From Verrucomicrobiota bacterium (lineage in GTDB: Bacteria; Verrucomicrobiota; Kiritimatiellia; CAIQIC01; JAGNIJ01): 50,258 bases of DNA. The notes under the pieces are model-generated. The model saw only the letters and a list, made by a program, of their open reading frames with translations, was not told where the DNA came from and did not search any database. Positions 32,990-43,663 of this stretch are shown one piece after another (positions within the stretch are counted from its first letter, which is position 1; each line of letters begins with the position of its first letter). The stretch spans positions 1 through 50,258 of the forward strand of contig JAHJJH010000282.1 in the NCBI GenBank assembly GCA_018823105.1, read 5' to 3'. A program made the position numbers and the translations under genes.

Positions 32990-34287
32990 GGCGGAGAAGG
33001 ATGGCCCCCGCGTTTCAGCCCCTGCCTTCTCAAAGCCGGCCGTCGTACCTCAAACGCACGGCGCTGTCACTCCTTTCAGGCTTGCTGGTGCTTGGGGTCC
33101 TGGAACTTGGCTATCGGGCCTTTCTTGGCGTTCGGGAAGCACGTGGGCAAAAGAATCCGCGCTTCTATGTCTGCAGCGCGCCGGTTTATGAGTTCGATCC
33201 GGCCGAGGGCTATCGTTACCAGCCCGGCGTCAGCGCCGTGCAAGCGCTTATCCAAGACGGGCGCGTGGTTCGGCACTGGCCCGTGCAGGTGAATTCGGAC
33301 GGCCTGATCGGTGAATTCAGCGGCCCATGGGACAGCAACACGTTCAACATTGCCGTTTTCGGGGATTCCTTCACCGCCAACCCGATCGACAGCATAACGT
33401 GGACGGATTATTTACCGGAGGGCTTATCGAGTCCCGATGGGCGGCCCGTGGCCGTCCGCAATTACGGGCGCGATGGATACGGAATGCTGCAAATCGTGGG
33501 CTTGGCGGCGACGCGTGCCGAGACGCTCCGGCCGGACCTGGTGTTGATCGCTTTCCTGACCACGGACCTTGTGCGCGCCCGCACCTGGAGAACGGTGCAG
33601 GTCGTGGACGGGGAGGAGCGGGTCTTCACCACCATCGAGCCGATCCGGGCACCCGTGAAAGCCCGGGTTGTGGATACCGTCCTGATTGATCGCCGGGTGA
33701 CGGCGGATTGGTGTCGGCAACAAGAGCAGGAGGATCGTCGTGATGATCCGTTGTTGGTCGAGCTTTGTTCGCGGTATCGGCGTTATCGTGCAGAGCAACT
33801 GGTTGTGAGTTTCAGGGATTGCCGAAGGCTGTTTATCCTGAACCGGTTGCTTTATAAGGACCCTTATTATGGGCTCCATCAGCCGGATCACGTAAACTAT
33901 GCTCGCTGCAGCGAGTTCCGTCAGGATGCGGAGTTTGTCCGCGACATGGACCGATTGCGTTCATTGCAGATTCCTGTTTGCTGGGTGCATCTTCCCATCC
34001 TCGAGGAATGGGCCGCTCGTCGCCATATTTTCAGCAAGCGTCACGCCGTGTTTGCAACGAGTCTGGAGAGCTTTGGTGTCGAACCGGTAAGCCTGTTGTC
34101 CGCGTTGCCCTCTCTACCGCGCGATTATGCGTCTCTTTTTCTGCTGCCATACGATCGCCATGTATCTCGTCGTGGGGCCCGACGTTATGGCGAGGCGATG
34201 CGGATGCTGCTGATCCGAAAAGGCTTGGTGACAGTGCAGGCGGCGCGGAGGGCCGATTCGGAGGGACCGACTAAGAAGGCCCGGTGA
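32986..34287 (+). CDS. membrane-anchored SGNH/AlgX-like hydrolase-fold protein (hypothetical)
   Basis: 433 aa, in an ATGA overlap with the upstream gene. It has one N-terminal TM helix, a block-I-like IAVFGDSFT motif, and a C-terminal PYDRHVS (D-x-H) motif. The assignment is tentative. Confidence 0.4.
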   Translation: MRRRRMAPAFQPLPSQSRPSYLKRTALSLLSGLLVLGVLELGYRAFLGVREARGQKNPRFYVCSAPVYEFDPAEGYRYQPGVSAVQALIQDGRVVRHWPVQVNSDGLIGEFSGPWDSNTFNIAVFGDSFTANPIDSITWTDYLPEGLSSPDGRPVAVRNYGRDGYGMLQIVGLAATRAETLRPDLVLIAFLTTDLVRARTWRTVQVVDGEERVFTTIEPIRAPVKARVVDTVLIDRRVTADWCRQQEQEDRRDDPLLVELCSRYRRYRAEQLVVSFRDCRRLFILNRLLYKDPYYGLHQPDHVNYARCSEFRQDAEFVRDMDRLRSLQIPVCWVHLPILEEWAARRHIFSKRHAVFATSLESFGVEPVSLLSALPSLPRDYASLFLLPYDRHVSRRGARRYGEAMRMLLIRKGLVTVQAARRADSEGPTKKAR

Positions 34288-34780
34288 GTCGCGGCCGGAC
34301 CGCCAGTTGCAGGGCAAGTTCGACGGCCTCGCGGGGGGTGGCGGCGACATGGAGCCCTGGATCCTCGAGGCCGTTGCGGATCAGCTTCCAGGTCTGCAGC
34401 CCGACCACCGGCACCTTGAGTCGCAGTGCGGCGGCAATCTCCGAGAGCGTGCCGTATTCGCCCCGCACGGCGATCACCGCATCACACGCGCGAACGAGCA
34501 GCATATTGCGGAAGGCCCCGAGGCCGGTGGGCAGGGCGATGTCCACGAAGGGATTAGCCTCGTCCGCCGTGTCGCCCGGCAGGATGCCGACGGTCAGGCC
34601 GCCGGCTTTCTTCGCGCCCTCGGCCGCGGCTTCCATCATTCCGTTCAGCCCGCCGCAGACGAGGATCTCGCCGCGCCGGGCGATTTCCTCACCGACTTCG
34701 AGACCCATGGAGCGCTCTTCGTCCGTGCATTTATGCGGGCCGAGCACGCCGATTTTCAGACGACGGGAGGAGGAGGTCAT
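34271..34780 (-). CDS. TIGR00725-family (LOG/SLOG-like Rossmann) protein
   Basis: 169 aa from the ATG at 34780. IGVLGPHKC...GEILVCGGLNGMMEAAAEGAKKAGGLTVGILPG...AVIAVRGEYGTLSEIA fits the TIGR00725 / lysine-decarboxylase-like family. No clear RBS. Confidence 0.65.
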   Translation of the reverse strand: MTSSSRRLKIGVLGPHKCTDEERSMGLEVGEEIARRGEILVCGGLNGMMEAAAEGAKKAGGLTVGILPGDTADEANPFVDIALPTGLGAFRNMLLVRACDAVIAVRGEYGTLSEIAAALRLKVPVVGLQTWKLIRNGLEDPGLHVAATPREAVELALQLAVRPRLTGPS

Positions 34781-34809
34781 GCAGACAGTGTAACGAACGG
34801 AAGCGGGGC

Positions 34810-34858
34810 GTGAATAGTGAATAGTATGGGATTTCCCTGAACCCCGAACCCTGAAACC
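34810..34858. repeat. two adjacent tandem heptamer repeats: (GTGAATA)x2 then (CCYGAAC)x3
   Basis: gtgaatagtgaatagta (34810-34826), then tgggattt, then ccctgaaccccgaaccctgaaacc (34835-34858). They lie in the 80-nt gap between asnS and the TIGR00725 gene. Confidence 0.8.
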
Positions 34859-34860
34859 TT

Positions 34861-36360
<1,500 letters not shown>

Positions 36361-36437
36361 AACAGTCGGGTGGGAAGCTTAAGTGAAGAGGGGGGCGACG
36401 CGCTAGAAAAAACCCTCGGGCCGCCGTTCCTTTACAT

Positions 36438-36459
36438 GACACACTTTATAAACCATGTC
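36438..36459. promoter_or_regulatory. third copy of the CACACTTTATAAA motif, upstream of asnS
   Basis: gacacactttataaaccatgtc shares 13 nt with the palindrome at 43038-43063. It lies 78-99 nt upstream of the asnS start, on the opposite strand to that gene. Confidence 0.35.
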
Positions 36460-36727
36460 ATCATCCGGCCATCTGGAACATGCCGCAGGAGCGAGGGGGA
36501 AACAGAACGTCCGCGCGAAATCCGCACGGACGTTTCATGCTTCACTTACGGCCTTTGCGCTCAGCCCATCCTGCCGCCGTCCTCAATTTCCGCCGGCATG
36601 CCCCGCGTTACGGGCTTGAGTGAAGCGTCAACGAATGGCGTCCACCCAAAATCACAGTCTCAAAACCAACGTGCGTCTGTCCACTGCATAACATGGGCCG
36701 GGGCGTAGGATTATGCCTACGCCGGCA

Positions 36728-37360
36728 TTACTCCACGAGGTTGCTCTCCAGGGCGTAGCGGATCAATTCAGCCCGGTTTTTCAGCTGCAGCTTCTGCTGG
36801 ATCCGGGCCCGGTAGGTCGTCACGCTCTTTTCGCTGACGCCCAACTGGGCGGCGATTTCCTTCAGCGCCAATCCATTGCCCAGAAGCACGAGCACTTCGA
36901 ATTCGCGCTGGGAAAGCGACCCCAGGACGTCCGGGCGCCGGCCCCGACGCTTTTGCGCGGCGATGCGGCTTCTCATCGTCCGGCAGATATAGGTCTCGCC
37001 TCGACAGACCGTGCGGACGGCCTCGATCAATTCTTCAAACGGGGCGCCTTTTACGACAAAGCCGCTGGCCCCGCTGTCGAGGGCATGCGTCGCGTAGCGA
37101 ACGTGGCTATACATGGTCAGCACGATGATCTTACAGCCTCCGCAGGTCTTCTGGATCTGCGCGAGCTTGGCGATGCCGTTTCCCTCCGGAAAGTTCAGGT
37201 CGAGAATCAACACGTCCGGTTTCACGCGGGGCAGCAAGCCCAGTAGTTCGGCGGGGCTGCCGGCTTCCCCCACGACCTGGAGGTCGGGGCTCCGGCTGAA
37301 CTGCGAACGCAGGCCCTCCCGGAGCATGACGTGGTCGTCGGCCAGCATCAGGCGGATCAT
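36728..37360 (-). CDS. NarL/FixJ-family response regulator (REC + LuxR-type HTH)
   Basis: 210 aa. The receiver domain carries the DD...D pattern (LMLADDH, LILDLNFP), and the C-terminal region is LSQREFEVLVLLGNGLALKEIAAQLGVSEKSVTTYR. ATGA overlap with the kinase stop. Confidence 0.9.
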   Translation of the reverse strand: MIRLMLADDHVMLREGLRSQFSRSPDLQVVGEAGSPAELLGLLPRVKPDVLILDLNFPEGNGIAKLAQIQKTCGGCKIIVLTMYSHVRYATHALDSGASGFVVKGAPFEELIEAVRTVCRGETYICRTMRSRIAAQKRRGRRPDVLGSLSQREFEVLVLLGNGLALKEIAAQLGVSEKSVTTYRARIQQKLQLKNRAELIRYALESNLVE

Positions 37361-38880
37361 GACGGCTCCTCTCCTTTACCCGGCCGGTCGGGCGACAGAA
37401 TACGCGCGATGACCGTGGTGCCTTTCCCCCGGGCGCTCCGGATCTCGAGGTGGCCGTCGCAGAGCAGCAGGCGTTCGCGCATGCCCACCAGCCCGATACC
37501 CATGGATTTCCGGTTCGCCTCGGGATCAAACCCGATCCCGTCATCCCGCACCGTCAGCCGCGTCTCCCCGGGCGTTACATCGAGATGCATTCTCACGCGG
37601 GTGGCATGGGCGTGGCGCGCCACGTTGGTTAAGGCTTCCTGCGTGATGCGGTAAAGACAGGTTTTGACATGGCGGCTTTCCGGCGAGGGGCCTCCCCGAT
37701 GGGTGAAGGTCGTGCGCAGTCCGGACTCGGCAAATTGCCCCGCCAGATCTTCGAGGGCCGTCTCGATGTTGAGGTCGTCGAGAATGGGAGGCCGCAGCGA
37801 GCTGGCGAGGTTGCGTGTGGACGCCAGGGCTTCATCCAGCTGGCGCAGGGCCTTGCGCAGGTGGAGGGCGGATCCGTCCTTGTCGGGGCGCACGGCGCCC
37901 ATCTCCAACCGGGCCAGCGTCAGGATCTGGCCCAGGTGGTCATGGAGCGCGCGGCTGATGATCAGGCGCTCCCGTTCCTGGATCTCGATCAGGCGGCTGG
38001 CCAGCCGCCGGCGTTCCTCGGCGAGCCGCCGCGGCTCGCTGACGTCCCGTATAATGAGCATGACGGCGTTATGGCCCTGCCAGATCGTACGGTTCGCGGA
38101 GACTTCCACGGGAATTTCCCGCCGGTCTTTGCGAAGGACCATGGCCTCGTATCGCATGGGCACCTCTTCGCCCCGCAGGCGGCGTCGGAAAAAACCCATG
38201 ACGCGCTGCACCTCGGCGGGGCCTGCCAGCTTCGCGATATGCATCCGGCCGAGTTGCTGCATGGAATACCCGGTGAGGTTCGCCAGCCGCCGGTTGGCAA
38301 ACGCCAGGCGGCCGGGCGGCGCGGCGATCAGGATCGCGTCGATGGCGTTCTCCGCCATGGCCCGGAAGTTGGCCTCGCTTTCCCGCAGGGCCTGTTCGGC
38401 CTTGATCCTCGACGTGATATCGCGCGCCAGGCCCATGACGTGGGTGATGCGCCCCGCCCGGTTGCGGATGGGGGTCAAGCGCGTTTCAATCCATAGCTCC
38501 GTTCCCGGCAACCGCTCCGGGGTTTCAGCAAACAGCGGCCGGCCGGTGCGGCAGACCCGCCGGATGGCGCGTGTGTGCTGCCGGGCCGTGGCCGGGGGGA
38601 ACAGATCAGATTGACGCTTCCCAACGAGCCAGGAGCTCGGTCGCCGGAAGAAACGCGTGGCCGCCCTGTTGACATAGCAGACCATGCCGGAAGGCGCTGT
38701 AATAAAGAGGGCGTCAGGCAGGGCCTCGGCCAGCAGGGGGTACTCCCGCGCATTTTCCGCCAGGGCGGTTTTCGCCTCACGGCGCGCATGGGCGACGCCG
38801 GACGGTTGGCGACGGTCGCGAGTCACACGGCAAATGATGGCTTGCGGGACGATGCGCGTCCAGAAGAAACCGCTAGGCAA
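37357..38880 (-). CDS. cytoplasmic PAS-PAS sensor histidine kinase (HisKA_3 / NarX-DegS type)
   Basis: Up to 507 aa. It has two PAS-like segments, an H-box (ISRALHDHLGQIL), and HATPase motifs (EALTNVARHA, DDGIGF, GIGLVGMRER). No TM segment. The start is uncertain: the track start at 38880 is a TTG, and a GTG at 38826 is also possible. Confidence 0.8.
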   Translation of the reverse strand: MPSGFFWTRIVPQAIICRVTRDRRQPSGVAHARREAKTALAENAREYPLLAEALPDALFITAPSGMVCYVNRAATRFFRRPSSWLVGKRQSDLFPPATARQHTRAIRRVCRTGRPLFAETPERLPGTELWIETRLTPIRNRAGRITHVMGLARDITSRIKAEQALRESEANFRAMAENAIDAILIAAPPGRLAFANRRLANLTGYSMQQLGRMHIAKLAGPAEVQRVMGFFRRRLRGEEVPMRYEAMVLRKDRREIPVEVSANRTIWQGHNAVMLIIRDVSEPRRLAEERRRLASRLIEIQERERLIISRALHDHLGQILTLARLEMGAVRPDKDGSALHLRKALRQLDEALASTRNLASSLRPPILDDLNIETALEDLAGQFAESGLRTTFTHRGGPSPESRHVKTCLYRITQEALTNVARHAHATRVRMHLDVTPGETRLTVRDDGIGFDPEANRKSMGIGLVGMRERLLLCDGHLEIRSARGKGTTVIARILSPDRPGKGEEPS

Positions 38881-38963
38881 TTCCGAAAATACGAACTATA
38901 TTACCCGCCCTGTAACAGGGTCCGGTCCCGCGCACAGTGGCCGGGCATTGGAAAGGAAAAACC

Positions 38964-40547
38964 ATGACCACGAACCCTCTGCCGGGGCATGCAGACCAAC
39001 CCGCCGAAATCACCTGTGCCAATTGCGGACAATTTGTAGGGGCGCTGACCCGGTGTCCGCGCTGCGGCGCGCGCGTGGAAAAGCGAATGAGCGTGCGGCT
39101 CTTCCGCTATGCCGCCCTGGCGCTGGGCACCATCGGGCTCGGACTGCTCTACCTGATGGCGATCCATCGCGAGCTTCCCGTGGTGCGCATCGGGGATATC
39201 AAGCCCACCATGAATTTCGCCTACGTCCGCGTCATCGGCACCGTCGCCGGCGACCCGCGCATTTTCAAAGAGGCCGGCAAAGTCCGCTCGCTGCGGTTCA
39301 CGGTGGATGACGGCACGGGCGAGATCTCCGTGACGGCGTACCGGGCCCAGGCGGCGGCGCTGGTGGAGCAGCGGAAGATACCGAGTTCCGGCGACCACGT
39401 CGAGGTGGCCGGCAGTTTGAGCATGACGGCGGATGACGACGTGATCATGCGTCTGCAGGTGCCCGAGCATCTCACGCTGACGCGGGCCGAGGTGCCCGTC
39501 ACGCGGTTGGGCGATGTAAACGGCAGCCTGGTCGGTACCAGCATCCTGGTCGAGGGGATCATCAGCGCGGTTAACCCGCCGCGCCCGGAAAGCCGGATGC
39601 CGTGGGTCGTGGAGATCAGGGATGAAAGCGGGGAAGGGGCGATCACCTTCTGGCAGGACGCCTACCCGGATATCCGCGACAAGGCGCTTCTCATCCCCGG
39701 CTCCCGGGTCCGCGCGCGCATCAGCGTGCGCACCTACCGGGAGAGGCTCCAGTTGATGCTCAACCGCGGCGAGGACCTCGAAGTCCAGGCCGGCGACTCC
39801 GCCCGGTTGTTCGTGGCCGGGCCGGGGGCCCCGGTGCCCGCCGATCCGACGCCGGTCGTTCAAACGCCGGCTGTTCAGGCCCCGGTCGTCCCGACGCGGG
39901 TCGTCCCGACGCGGGCCATCCCGACGCGGGTGGAAGAGACCCGGCAAATCGCGATTGTGACGGCGGAGATGAAGGGCCAGGAAGTCACCGTCTACGGCCG
40001 GGTGGTCGAGATCCGCACCCCGGAGGCCGGTACCAAGGCGCCGTACACCCTGGTGCTGGAAGACGAGGGCAAACGGATCCCGGTGGTGTACTGGGACGAC
40101 GTCGCGACCCGCCTCGGCGAGAATGCCCCGTCCACGGGCGTGCTGATGAAGATCCGCGGCCGGGTGGATGTATACAAGGATACGTTGCAGATCAAGGTCA
40201 GCCATTCCGATAACGTGCGGCTCGTGGATATCGAGCCGACCGCCACGCCCGCCCCGGTCGGCGAGGGACTGTCGGAGATCGGCAAACTGACCGTGGAGAT
40301 GAAAGGGCGAGTATTTACCGTGCGCGGCACGCTGGGCGAACCCCGGTCGCTGATGAAGGGCATTATCTATCCCCTGAATGACGGCACGGGGCAGATTGAC
40401 CTGCTGCTGTGGGACCGTTTGGTTCCGGGCCCGGAGAGGGACCGGCTGGAGCCCGGCCAGAAGGTCAAGGCTACCGGCCTGATCGGCGAGTATAAGGGCG
40501 CTTTGCAGATCGTCCCGTCGAACCCGCAGGCGCTCGAATTGGAGTAA
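38964..40547 (+). CDS. Zn-ribbon / single-TM / four OB-fold repeat protein (uncharacterised)
   Basis: 527 aa from the ATG at 38964, with GGAAAGGAAAA upstream. It has a CxxC-x11-CxxC ribbon (CANCGQFVGALTRCPRCG) and a TM helix (LFRYAALALGTIGLGLLYLMAI). Four ~90-aa OB-like repeats follow (V.V.G.V.......F.L.D.TG.I.......GD.V...G), with a Pro/Val-rich linker (VVPTRVVPTRAIPTR) in the middle. Confidence 0.6.
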   Translation: MTTNPLPGHADQPAEITCANCGQFVGALTRCPRCGARVEKRMSVRLFRYAALALGTIGLGLLYLMAIHRELPVVRIGDIKPTMNFAYVRVIGTVAGDPRIFKEAGKVRSLRFTVDDGTGEISVTAYRAQAAALVEQRKIPSSGDHVEVAGSLSMTADDDVIMRLQVPEHLTLTRAEVPVTRLGDVNGSLVGTSILVEGIISAVNPPRPESRMPWVVEIRDESGEGAITFWQDAYPDIRDKALLIPGSRVRARISVRTYRERLQLMLNRGEDLEVQAGDSARLFVAGPGAPVPADPTPVVQTPAVQAPVVPTRVVPTRAIPTRVEETRQIAIVTAEMKGQEVTVYGRVVEIRTPEAGTKAPYTLVLEDEGKRIPVVYWDDVATRLGENAPSTGVLMKIRGRVDVYKDTLQIKVSHSDNVRLVDIEPTATPAPVGEGLSEIGKLTVEMKGRVFTVRGTLGEPRSLMKGIIYPLNDGTGQIDLLLWDRLVPGPERDRLEPGQKVKATGLIGEYKGALQIVPSNPQALELE

Positions 40548-40563
40548 CCCGGAGCGTGATCCC

Positions 40564-41901
40564 ATGATCCTGAATATACTGACGGTTCTGGGCGTTACGG
40601 TGCTGGGTACCGTGCTGTCTAGCGTGATCTCCGTGCTGCCCGCGCTACATGCCTACAACGTGCTGGGTGCGTTGGTGCTGCTCTTCTACTGGTTGATCGA
40701 GAAGGGCTTGACGGTGCCGAGCGAGGTCTTCCTGCCCTTCATGGCGGGCATCGTGGTGGGTTGGTCCATGCTCAACACCATCCCGTCCATCCTGCTGGGC
40801 GCGCCGGATGAGAGCGCGATGTTCACCGTGTTGCCCGGCCAGAAGTACCTGATGAGCGGCCGCGGCTACGAGGGGACCATGATAACGGGCGTGGGCGGTC
40901 TGGCGGGCGTCTTTTTCCTGGTGTGCGTGGTCGGTCCGTTTGCGCCGCGCGTGCTGCCCGTGGTACAGGGGGTCTTGCGGTCGCATATGCACTGGATCCT
41001 GTGGGTGATCATCACCTACATCCTGATGTCCGAATGGCCCAAGGGCGGTAACTGGGGGCCGGCGGGGCTGGCCAAGTTCGCGGACGCCTGGCGCTCGCTG
41101 GGTGCGGGGCTGGCCACCTTCTTCCTCTCCGGGTTCCTCGGGTTCATCCTGCTCTACCGGTCACCCGTATCGGTGGAGATGGCGTTCCAGAACATCATGC
41201 CGGCTTTCGTGGGTCTCTTCGCCATCCCCTGGTGCCTGTTGAACATGATCAGCGGGGCGAACGTGCCGCCCCAACGCATTGCCCATTCGCTCGAGATCAA
41301 CGGCGACCTGATCCTGCGCAGCGCGGCGGCCGGCGGCCTGGGCGGCGGCTTCGCCGCGTTCTTCCCGGTCGTCACGGGCGGCATCGGCGGCCTCCTGGCC
41401 GGCCACGCCACCGCCCAGCGCGACGAGAAGGTTTTCATCATGTCGCAGGGCGTCTCGAAACTGGTCTACTACGTCGGGTCGTTCACGCTGCTGTTCGTGC
41501 CGGGCCTGGGCATCACCCGGGGCGGCGCGGCCTGGATGATGAAGGGCCTCTACGTGCCCCGCAGCTACTACGACTACTTCATGGTCCTGGGCTCGATCGC
41601 CATCGCGGGCGCGGCGGCCTTCCTGATGATGAGCCCCCTGACGCGCATGACCATCCGGTTCATCGAGAAGGTCAACTACCGCAACGCCTCGGCCATCGCC
41701 CTGCTCATCATCCTGGGAATTGTGTTCCTGATGACCGGCTGGGGCGGGATTATCGTGATGGTTGTGGCGACGGGCATCGGGCTGATCCCGGTGCTGTTCG
41801 CCTCGCGCCGGCTGAATTGTCTCGGCGTCCTGCTGTTGCCCATCGCCTGCAACATGTCCGGATTCGGACAGAAGATCGCCATGTGGCTGCGGTTGATTTA
41901 A
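40564..41901 (+). CDS. DUF112 / TctA-like polytopic membrane protein
   Basis: 445 aa with about 10-12 TM helices. The Gly-rich helices (LLGAPDESAMFTVLPG, AAAGGLGGGFAAFFPVVTGGIGGLLAGH) resemble the tripartite tricarboxylate transporter TctA family. It starts 16 nt after the upstream gene. Confidence 0.6.
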   Translation: MILNILTVLGVTVLGTVLSSVISVLPALHAYNVLGALVLLFYWLIEKGLTVPSEVFLPFMAGIVVGWSMLNTIPSILLGAPDESAMFTVLPGQKYLMSGRGYEGTMITGVGGLAGVFFLVCVVGPFAPRVLPVVQGVLRSHMHWILWVIITYILMSEWPKGGNWGPAGLAKFADAWRSLGAGLATFFLSGFLGFILLYRSPVSVEMAFQNIMPAFVGLFAIPWCLLNMISGANVPPQRIAHSLEINGDLILRSAAAGGLGGGFAAFFPVVTGGIGGLLAGHATAQRDEKVFIMSQGVSKLVYYVGSFTLLFVPGLGITRGGAAWMMKGLYVPRSYYDYFMVLGSIAIAGAAAFLMMSPLTRMTIRFIEKVNYRNASAIALLIILGIVFLMTGWGGIIVMVVATGIGLIPVLFASRRLNCLGVLLLPIACNMSGFGQKIAMWLRLI

Positions 41902-41913
41902 AGGAGTACCCGG

Positions 41914-42915
41914 ATGAAAGGCATTGCCCACTATATCAGCGGCGTGATGGCGGCGTCCTTCTGCCCCTGGGCCGTGCAGGCGGCCACGGAGGGGAATCCC
42001 CTGTATTTCATTCTCGGCGGCGCCTTCGGCATCCTGCCGGATACCATTGATTTCAAGTTCTACCGGTTCTTCTACCGGCATGATTTCTACGTGGATCCGG
42101 ACGCGCAGAATCCCGATCCCCAGACCATTGCCGATGAATTGGCCGCGGCGGTGGACAAGGCGCGCAGCGCGGGCCGGCCGATCCGGATCAAGCTCAACAC
42201 CGTGCGCATGGGTGCGGACTACTGGCGGCAGTACGTCGTGCGGTTCGACTCGGAAAACCAGGAGGTGCAGGTCCGCATCGGCCCGGTGGTCAACACGGGC
42301 CAGGTGCCCGTGCCGAACAGCGAACCCAAGGACCGCGCCGTCGGACGCGCCAAATTGAGCGCGCCCATCATCCAGACGTACGACGCCACCACGCGCGTGG
42401 ATATTTTCGACGGCCCCACCTTCGCCTTCGAGGCCGATGCGCAGGGTCGCGTGATGCTGCATTTCCTGCCGTGGCATCGCAACTGGAGCCACAGCTTCCT
42501 CGTGGCCGCGTTTTGGGGGCTGCTCGGCTGGTTGCTCTGGAACTGGCAGGCCGCCGTCGTCATCGTCGCCGGTTACTCGGCCCACCTGCTGGAGGACCAA
42601 CTGGGATTCATGGGGTCCAATCTTTTCTTCCCCATCACGAAGAAACGGTTCATGGGCCTGCACATCATGCGCTCGGGTGACGCCATCCCGAACTTCAGCG
42701 CGGTGTGGTTGAGCTGTCTGCTGATCTTCTGGAACCTGTACCGCCTGACCCCGGGGCTGCGGTACCATTTCAACTTCCTGCACCTTATCGTGTACGGTGC
42801 GATCTTCCCCATCGGCCTTTTCGGCGTGGTCCACTGGTTGCTGACCCGCGGGGACAAGGGACGGGAAGCCCCCATCGAACTGGAAGACGAGTTCGGCGAC
42901 ACGATGACGACCTGA
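41914..42915 (+). CDS. DUF457 / YdjM-like membrane-bound metal-dependent hydrolase with a ~150-aa soluble insert
   Basis: 333 aa with an AAGGAG RBS. The N-terminal H...GGAFGILPDTID and the later SHSF...AHLLEDQL motifs fit the YdjM-like family. A hydrophilic insert lies between the TM blocks. Confidence 0.5.
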   Translation: MKGIAHYISGVMAASFCPWAVQAATEGNPLYFILGGAFGILPDTIDFKFYRFFYRHDFYVDPDAQNPDPQTIADELAAAVDKARSAGRPIRIKLNTVRMGADYWRQYVVRFDSENQEVQVRIGPVVNTGQVPVPNSEPKDRAVGRAKLSAPIIQTYDATTRVDIFDGPTFAFEADAQGRVMLHFLPWHRNWSHSFLVAAFWGLLGWLLWNWQAAVVIVAGYSAHLLEDQLGFMGSNLFFPITKKRFMGLHIMRSGDAIPNFSAVWLSCLLIFWNLYRLTPGLRYHFNFLHLIVYGAIFPIGLFGVVHWLLTRGDKGREAPIELEDEFGDTMTT

Positions 42916-43037
42916 TGCGGGACGGATGGACCGACGCGGATCGGTTCTGAAATCTTCCCCGGCCGTGCCGGAGGAGGAGTGAGCAGTCCCCCTTGAATCC
43001 AAGCCCGACTTCGGCCTTATCTTGTGCTTGCGGGACT

Positions 43038-43063
43038 GTCTCACACTTTATAAAGTGTGAGAC
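43038..43063. promoter_or_regulatory. perfect 26-bp palindrome abutting the ArsR-like start codon (candidate operator/-10)
   Basis: gtctcacactttataaagtgtgagac ends 1 nt before the ATG at 43064. The TATAAA centre could serve as a -10 element, which would imply a leaderless or near-leaderless mRNA. Confidence 0.55.
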
Positions 43064-43648
43064 ATGACAAGGCGCATGGAACTTCATCCCACACTCTGGC
43101 GTACGTGCCGCGTGCTGGCCGGAGTCACGCGTCTTCGCCTCCTCCGGCAGATCTGTCGCGTGCCGGGGCTCCGGGTTTCCGATCTGGCGACCTTGGAAGG
43201 CATCGGTGAATCCCGGGCCAGCCAGGAGTTGCGCCGCCTTCAGTCGAGGGGGCTTGTGCAGGCCGTCAGGATGGGGCGACGGGTGCGGTATTGGCCGTTA
43301 CCCGATCCCCAGGTGCCGGCGGCCAAACCCCTGCTGAATGCCCTCGAGACCGCTTTTCGCCGCTCGCCGCGCTCTGTGGAGACGGAGGGCCTTCGAATTG
43401 CCTCGGCCTTCTCGCATCCGCGTCGCCTTGCGATTATCCAGGTGATTCTCCGCGGGCCCCGGAACTTCGGCGCGCTGTCCGGAGCCGTCGGATTTTCCCG
43501 CGCGGCGCTCAATCGGCACTTGCGCATCCTGCAGGCTCGCGGCCTGGTGGAGCGCCGCGCAGGCGGCTACCGCTGGAAGGCCGACCCCCATCCTCTGACG
43601 CAGTGTCTTGTCCGTCTTGTGAAACGGCGGTCCGCGTCCGGCGGGTAA
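43064..43648 (+). CDS. ArsR-family regulator with two tandem winged-HTH domains
   Basis: 194 aa. Two repeats have the ArsR pattern: RLRLLRQI...VSDLA...ASQELRRLQSRGLV and RRLAIIQVIL...GALSGAVGFSRAALNRHLRILQARGLV. Confidence 0.7.
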   Translation: MTRRMELHPTLWRTCRVLAGVTRLRLLRQICRVPGLRVSDLATLEGIGESRASQELRRLQSRGLVQAVRMGRRVRYWPLPDPQVPAAKPLLNALETAFRRSPRSVETEGLRIASAFSHPRRLAIIQVILRGPRNFGALSGAVGFSRAALNRHLRILQARGLVERRAGGYRWKADPHPLTQCLVRLVKRRSASGG

Positions 43649-43663
43649 GCGGTCATCGGCAGG

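Noticed and set aside
38901-43044. 554-aa (-) and 627-aa (-) ORFs opposite the OB-fold, DUF112 and DUF457 genes.
   Set aside because: Their composition (Arg/Gly/His/Asp/Pro runs) and the complete overlap with well-formed plus-strand membrane and OB-repeat proteins indicate non-coding shadows.
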